Under the pieces are notes generated by a model, which was not told the DNA's origin, did not search any database, and saw only the letters and a list, made by a program, of their open reading frames with translations. The position numbers were made by a program, and so were the translations under genes. From the IMG/VR virus record IMGVR_UViG_3300034357_000231, positions 1 through 25,073 of that record: a stretch of DNA of 25,073 nucleotides; one strand, given 5' to 3'. The first letter of the stretch is position 1. Every line of letters begins with the position of its first letter. Shown here piece by piece: positions 24,792-25,073 of the stretch. Source of the stretch: a virus (Duplodnaviria; Caudoviricetes).

Positions 24792-25073
24792 CAGTCGCGG
24801 CTCACTGTTGTCGTCGTTGTCCCGTCACCGCTGATCGTTTGCGCGATGGCGCCAGCAGTGCGGCTCGTTGGCGTGACGGTGAGGGTCTCGCCGTCTTTGA
24901 GGCCGTGGATCAAATACATCTCGTCGATCTCTGAGCCGAGAGTCCCTGCGGGATGGTTGTTGCGGGTGATGAGCGGATCGCGAACTGTGGTGAGTTGATA
25001 CTCGTCGCCTGCGGTTGGGATGTTGCACCAAGGGGTGTCAACGGTTGCCGTGTTTGTGCCGGTGTCGTAGATC
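24791..25073 (-). CDS. C-terminal part of a Thr-rich probable virion protein, truncated by the window edge
   Basis: Open frame IYDTGTNTATVDTPW...IHGLKDGETLTVTPTSRTAGAIAQTISGDGTTTTTVSRD ending at TGA 24791-24793. Not in the ORF track. Confidence 0.7.
   Translation of the reverse strand, partial: IYDTGTNTATVDTPWCNIPTAGDEYQLTTVRDPLITRNNHPAGTLGSEIDEMYLIHGLKDGETLTVTPTSRTAGAIAQTISGDGTTTTTVSRD

Overview
Fragment of a tailed dsDNA phage (siphovirus-like layout) with essentially all real genes on the minus strand. From right to left: head module (protease/scaffold, decoration protein, major capsid), three glycosyltransferase/methyltransferase genes, connector and tail genes with a GGGAAAC -1 frameshift in the tail chaperone pair, tape measure and tail-tip proteins, and a lysis cassette (two small holin-like genes, a lipoprotein, an M15 peptidase endolysin). 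After an AT-rich promoter region comes an early/recombination operon (RuvC-like, Sak4/AAA_24, Cas4-like nuclease, DUF669). The standout feature is a three-part cassette at 3281-4856 inside that operon. It consists of a stand-alone RAMP/Cas7-like gene, a 321-bp non-coding array of GGY-NN pentamers punctuated into seven units by GGCAGGC and preceded by a hairpin leader, and a small accessory gene. This looks like a phage-encoded, non-CRISPR RNA-guided system whose information lies in the variable dinucleotides. A TTGACA motif also recurs 13-17 nt upstream of many late-gene start codons. All assignments were made by eye, without database searches.
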